DNA of 64,000 nt, from positions 16,302 to 80,301 of the forward strand of contig MHHX01000019.1 of NCBI GenBank assembly GCA_001817215.1, read 5' to 3'. This document shows positions 60,504 through 64,000 of this stretch, piece after piece. Origin of the DNA: Candidatus Brennerbacteria bacterium RIFOXYC1_FULL_41_11 (GTDB lineage Bacteria; Patescibacteriota; Minisyncoccia; UBA6257; Brennerbacteraceae). Numbering within the stretch: position 1 is the stretch's first letter; each line of letters opens with the position of its first letter. Made by a program: the position numbers and the translations under genes. The notes under the pieces were generated by a model that was not told the origin of the DNA, did not search any database, and saw nothing but the letters and a program-made list of their open reading frames with translations.

Positions 60504-61421
60504 ATGATTTTAGTCGCTTTCAGAAGAATTTTTAAAGCCGGGTGGCAGAACTTTTCGAGAAATTTATGGCTTTCGGTCGCCACGGTTGGTATTATGATGG
60601 TGGCGTTGTTTGTTTTTTCCAGTTTGGTTTTGTTTAATTTCTTCACTAGTGAGATAATCGAGATTATCAGAAACAAGATTGATCTTTCGGTTTATTTTGA
60701 TGCCAACATTGATGAATCCGAAATTTTTAGGGTAAAAGATATTCTTGCGCAGTTGCCTGACGTGGAACGCGTTGAGTATCTTTCACGTGAAGAAGCTTTG
60801 AAAACTTTCAATGAAAGACATTCCAATAATGATGTTGTGAGGCGGGCGTTAGAGGAGCTTGGCATCAATCCATTACAGGCATCTTTGAATATTAAGGTTG
60901 ATCAGGGTGGATCATATGAAACCGTGGTTGCTTTTATTGAAGGCGCGCCTTTCAAGGCTTTGATTAGCAAGGTTAATTTCACGGAAAATAAACTGATCAT
61001 TGAACGTTTGAATAATATTGTCTCGGCGATACAGAGATTTGGTTGGGGCGTGATTTTCGTATTTGCCGGACTGGCTGTTTTGGTGGCTTTCAATTCCGTG
61101 AGGATGGCAATTTATTCTTTTAAGGAAGAGATTAATGTCATGCGTTTGGTCGGAGCTTCGCGCTGGTTTATCCGTGGTCCGTTCATGGTCATGGGGTTGG
61201 TGGTGAGTTTGATTGCTTCAGCAATCGTGTTTTTGATCATTTGGTTGGCCGTGCTCGGGTTTGGACCGAGAATTAACGCTTTTGTACCCGAGATAAGCTT
61301 TAACGAGTTTTTCTCGGAGAATTTTTTCAGAATTTTGTTTTTACAAACTTTAGCCGGTATCGGTATTATGTTTTTTTCTGTTTATCTGGCGTTTAATAAA
61401 TACCTGAAAGAGGAGAATTGA
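60504..61421 (+). CDS. ftsX: Cell division permease FtsX
   Basis: 4 TM with a large extracellular loop; EI.VMRLVGASRWFIRGPF. Confidence 0.93.
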   Translation: MILVAFRRIFKAGWQNFSRNLWLSVATVGIMMVALFVFSSLVLFNFFTSEIIEIIRNKIDLSVYFDANIDESEIFRVKDILAQLPDVERVEYLSREEALKTFNERHSNNDVVRRALEELGINPLQASLNIKVDQGGSYETVVAFIEGAPFKALISKVNFTENKLIIERLNNIVSAIQRFGWGVIFVFAGLAVLVAFNSVRMAIYSFKEEINVMRLVGASRWFIRGPFMVMGLVVSLIASAIVFLIIWLAVLGFGPRINAFVPEISFNEFFSENFFRILFLQTLAGIGIMFFSVYLAFNKYLKEEN

Positions 61422-61427
61422 TGGCCA

Positions 61428-61461
61428 ATCAAAAGCATCCCGCGAGCGGGATGCTTTTGAT
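61428..61461. terminator. Bidirectional terminator palindrome (TCCCGC..GCGGGA family)
   Basis: ATCAAAAGCATCCCGC-GA-GCGGGATGCTTTTGAT. Confidence 0.75.
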
Positions 61462-61483
61462 ACACTAAGGGCATTATAGAGAT

Positions 61484-61855
61484 CTATTGCTCCGCGTCAA
61501 TTGCCTGAGATTTTGTTTGATGAACCGTGCCTCGTGCGTGTTCCGGAGGAGAGTAAACCGAAACAAGCTTCATTTTTTCCGATGAGGTGTTGACAACATT
61601 GTGTTTCGAACCCCTTCTGATAAATAAAACATCATTTTCTTGTATCTGAATCTCCGAACCGTCAATAATCGCTTTGCCTGACCCTTCGACAAAAAATAAA
61701 ATTTGATCGATGCCAGAATGAATTTCTTCACCGATATCTTCGTGTGGATTTAGTGACATTAAAACCAGTTGCGACTCGGATCCTGTGAAAAGTTCCCTTC
61801 TGAAATAAGAGTTTTCCTTGGCGCGGGAGATGATATTTTCTTTAAAATACGACAT
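61484..61855 (-). CDS. Cupin domain protein
   Basis: IGEEIH..DQ..F..EG.G, G.KHNV.N, YSPPEH. Confidence 0.9.
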   Translation of the reverse strand: MSYFKENIISRAKENSYFRRELFTGSESQLVLMSLNPHEDIGEEIHSGIDQILFFVEGSGKAIIDGSEIQIQENDVLFIRRGSKHNVVNTSSEKMKLVSVYSPPEHARGTVHQTKSQAIDAEQ

Positions 61856-61990
61856 TGTTTTAATTTAATTAAGCTGGCCGTTTCGAGCTAGAACCGTAGA
61901 TGGTCAAGCCCAGACAAGCTTTTTTAATTACTTTTATTCTACCATTTTGACGCTCCTCGGAATTAGATTACAAACGATAAAAGTCTGTAC

Positions 61991-62833
61991 TTATTTTAGA
62001 GACTCTTCTGAATAAATTTTCCTAATCTGATTTGTGATCACAGCATATTTCGGATCACTCCTAAGCCTAGCAAGTTGTTCTTCGATTTTAGAGATATACT
62101 CTTGCTCTAAAATATGACCCTCAACTTCTCCTTTTAACTTTTCCAGACTGTTTAAGATACTCCACCTATTCTCATCGATATCTTCTTTCAGTAATTCAAT
62201 TGAGTAGATAATTGCACCCATTTTGTTTTCCTTACTGAATTTATATACTTTTAACTCTTTTATATCTCGTTGAGCATCTTTTACGTTAGATTTCATACCA
62301 GAGATTACTTGCTCTTGTTGAAGAATTTTTTTATCAGATTCTATTTTTGAATTACCAATGATTAAGTTTAGGTTTTTTTCAAGAACTGAAAGGCGATTTG
62401 TGACTTCAGATAGTATAATTTCTTTAAGTTTAGTGTCCTTATCTTCTGACACTAAGTCAATTTTCTCCAATAAAGAATTTTCTACCCCTTGAATCTTATT
62501 TGTCACCCCTAAGTCGACGATCTCTTTCTGTTGCCTTAGAGTTAAAGTCAAAGAAGAAGATTGATTAGTTTTAAATTCCTCTAGTGTTTTTTGAGTTTGT
62601 GCATCTGACTCAGACAACAAATCATGAGCTTCTTTTTTTAGGTCACTGATTGTATTTTCTTGTTTATCAAGAGCATCCTTTAGAGGCTTAATATTAAAGT
62701 AAACGAAAACACCTCCAAGGACTCCGAGAATTGCAACTGAAATACCCAGATAACCCATGTTTAACTGGGCAATGTCTTTAGAGAAATTTATTAAATCAAT
62801 AGCGTTGATTGTGCTAGTAGATACTATTTCCAT
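61991..62833 (-). CDS. Hypothetical protein with an N-terminal TM and long coiled coil
   Basis: 280-aa AT-rich ORF just downstream of tRNA-Gln. Confidence 0.65.
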   Translation of the reverse strand: MEIVSTSTINAIDLINFSKDIAQLNMGYLGISVAILGVLGGVFVYFNIKPLKDALDKQENTISDLKKEAHDLLSESDAQTQKTLEEFKTNQSSSLTLTLRQQKEIVDLGVTNKIQGVENSLLEKIDLVSEDKDTKLKEIILSEVTNRLSVLEKNLNLIIGNSKIESDKKILQQEQVISGMKSNVKDAQRDIKELKVYKFSKENKMGAIIYSIELLKEDIDENRWSILNSLEKLKGEVEGHILEQEYISKIEEQLARLRSDPKYAVITNQIRKIYSEESLK

Positions 62834-62887
62834 ATCGTTCTTCGTTTAAAATTTCGAAATCTCTCGGACTCCGAACCCATCTCAAAC

Positions 62888-62961
62888 TGGCTGGGAGGCA
62901 GGGAGTCGAACCCCAATTTTCAGGGCCAGAACCTGACGTCCTACCATTAGACGACCTCCCA
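62888..62961 (-). tRNA. tRNA-Gln(CTG)
   Basis: TGGGAGG/CCTCCCA, TCAGG-TTCTGGC-CCTGA, TTCGACT T loop, encoded CCA. Confidence 0.94.
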
Positions 62962-63059
62962 ATGAACAAAGTCATTCTAACTGATTTTAAATGAAAATTG
63001 AAGCTTTGCAGTTAATTTAATGAAGGAATATAATAAATGCAGAAATTAATTTTTTTTGA

Positions 63060-63578
63060 ATGGGAATTATGAAAGATATCTTTTTAAAGTTTTCAAACTC
63101 AGAAAATATTTCTACGATGTTTTTTCGTTATGTTTTAGTTTTAATCGGGTTTTACATCCCTCTCTTTCCGTTTACTTCCTTATTGGCAATGATTTTTAAG
63201 CCAGATGCCGGAGATTTTTTATCTCTTATTATATACGGTGCGATATATTCGATTTTATTGATTGTTCCATTTTATCTTGTTTGCAAGAACTTTATTTTTT
63301 TGAACAGACAGAAACCAGACTTCTCTCTCTTCTCAAGATTCTTAGTGGTTTCGGCAATATCGTCGCCATTATCTAGCCTCTTCTTCTTCCTCTCTAATTG
63401 GACTTGCTATGTATTTGGCGGCAATGATTTGAATAAAGTTGTTGATTGTCAGAACGTGGTGTCGCCACTAATCAATATTTTTATTTATAGCGTTATTGTT
63501 TTTTTGATTTTATGGCGATTTGTGTTTCGTGGGAAAAGTAAACATGAAATTTCAACGGGATCTTCTACTTTAAATTAG
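63060..63578 (+). CDS. Hypothetical 4-TM membrane protein
   Basis: Four hydrophobic segments. Confidence 0.6.
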   Translation: MGIMKDIFLKFSNSENISTMFFRYVLVLIGFYIPLFPFTSLLAMIFKPDAGDFLSLIIYGAIYSILLIVPFYLVCKNFIFLNRQKPDFSLFSRFLVVSAISSPLSSLFFFLSNWTCYVFGGNDLNKVVDCQNVVSPLINIFIYSVIVFLILWRFVFRGKSKHEISTGSSTLN

Positions 63579-63590
63579 AAGGTGATAATC

Positions 63591-64000
63591 ATGAGACAGT
63601 ACGTTGGTGTTGTTTTGGTAAAATCTGACGCTTCTGTGTTGGTTCAACATCGGGATGATAACCCCGAGATTTTAGGTAGTAATACTTGGTGCGTTGTCGG
63701 CGGGAAACGAGAAGAAGGCGAAAGTCTGGAAAAAGCTGCGGCGCGAGAATTAAAAGAAGAAACCGGGTATATTGTTGATGACGAGAACCTTAATTTTTTA
63801 ATTCAGGATGAATATGTAACAGAAAAGGGCGTCTCGGTCCAAAGGATTATTTTTTGGAATAAATATGACGAGAAACAGGAAATTAAATGTTATGAGGGCC
63901 AAGAAATCAAATTTGTGTTTCCTGAGGAACTGGAAATACTGAATCTTTATACTGGACACAAAGATTTTCTGAAAAAAGCTTCTGAAAAAATGCGTAGATG
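63591..64000 (+). CDS. NUDIX hydrolase (runs to the window edge)
   Basis: Nudix box GGKREEGESLEKAAARELKEETG; not in the ORF track because the stop lies outside the window. Confidence 0.9.
   Translation, partial: MRQYVGVVLVKSDASVLVQHRDDNPEILGSNTWCVVGGKREEGESLEKAAARELKEETGYIVDDENLNFLIQDEYVTEKGVSVQRIIFWNKYDEKQEIKCYEGQEIKFVFPEELEILNLYTGHKDFLKKASEKMRR

Overview
Core-genome window of a Patescibacteria (CPR, Parcubacteria-like) bacterium using the standard code (tRNA-Trp(CCA), prfB and TGA stops are present). The lineage call rests on rpmD/L30 missing between S5 and L15, a short EF-Ts, cohesin/dockerin surface genes and AT-rich leaders without Shine-Dalgarno (SD) motifs. The window contains the str/S10/spc ribosomal cluster through secY-adk-map, tpiA/pgk, rpsB-tsf, recR-dnaB-cysS-corA, hrcA-grpE-dnaK, rmuC, uvrA, groES-groEL (two CIRCE boxes), rpmG, prfB, ftsEX and 7 intact tRNAs. 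The top candidate for an undescribed system is 35589-37472: a consensus promoter, a T-box riboswitch whose UGGG bulge fits a C73 discriminator, a short SD-led ORF, the tRNA-His gene itself, and an unknown alpha/beta protein that may use aminoacyl-tRNA. Just upstream, a disrupted tRNA-Glu(TTC) carries an intact tRNA-Glu(CTC) nested in its anticodon arm. Other signals are REP-like palindromes and short tandem repeats inserted in frame into L21, RecR, UvrA, PGK and TPI; mini-elements at tRNA 3' ends; strong SD motifs largely confined to small ORFans; and candidate leaderless core genes. No CRISPR array, rRNA, transposase or integrase was seen. All calls are by eye, without database searches.
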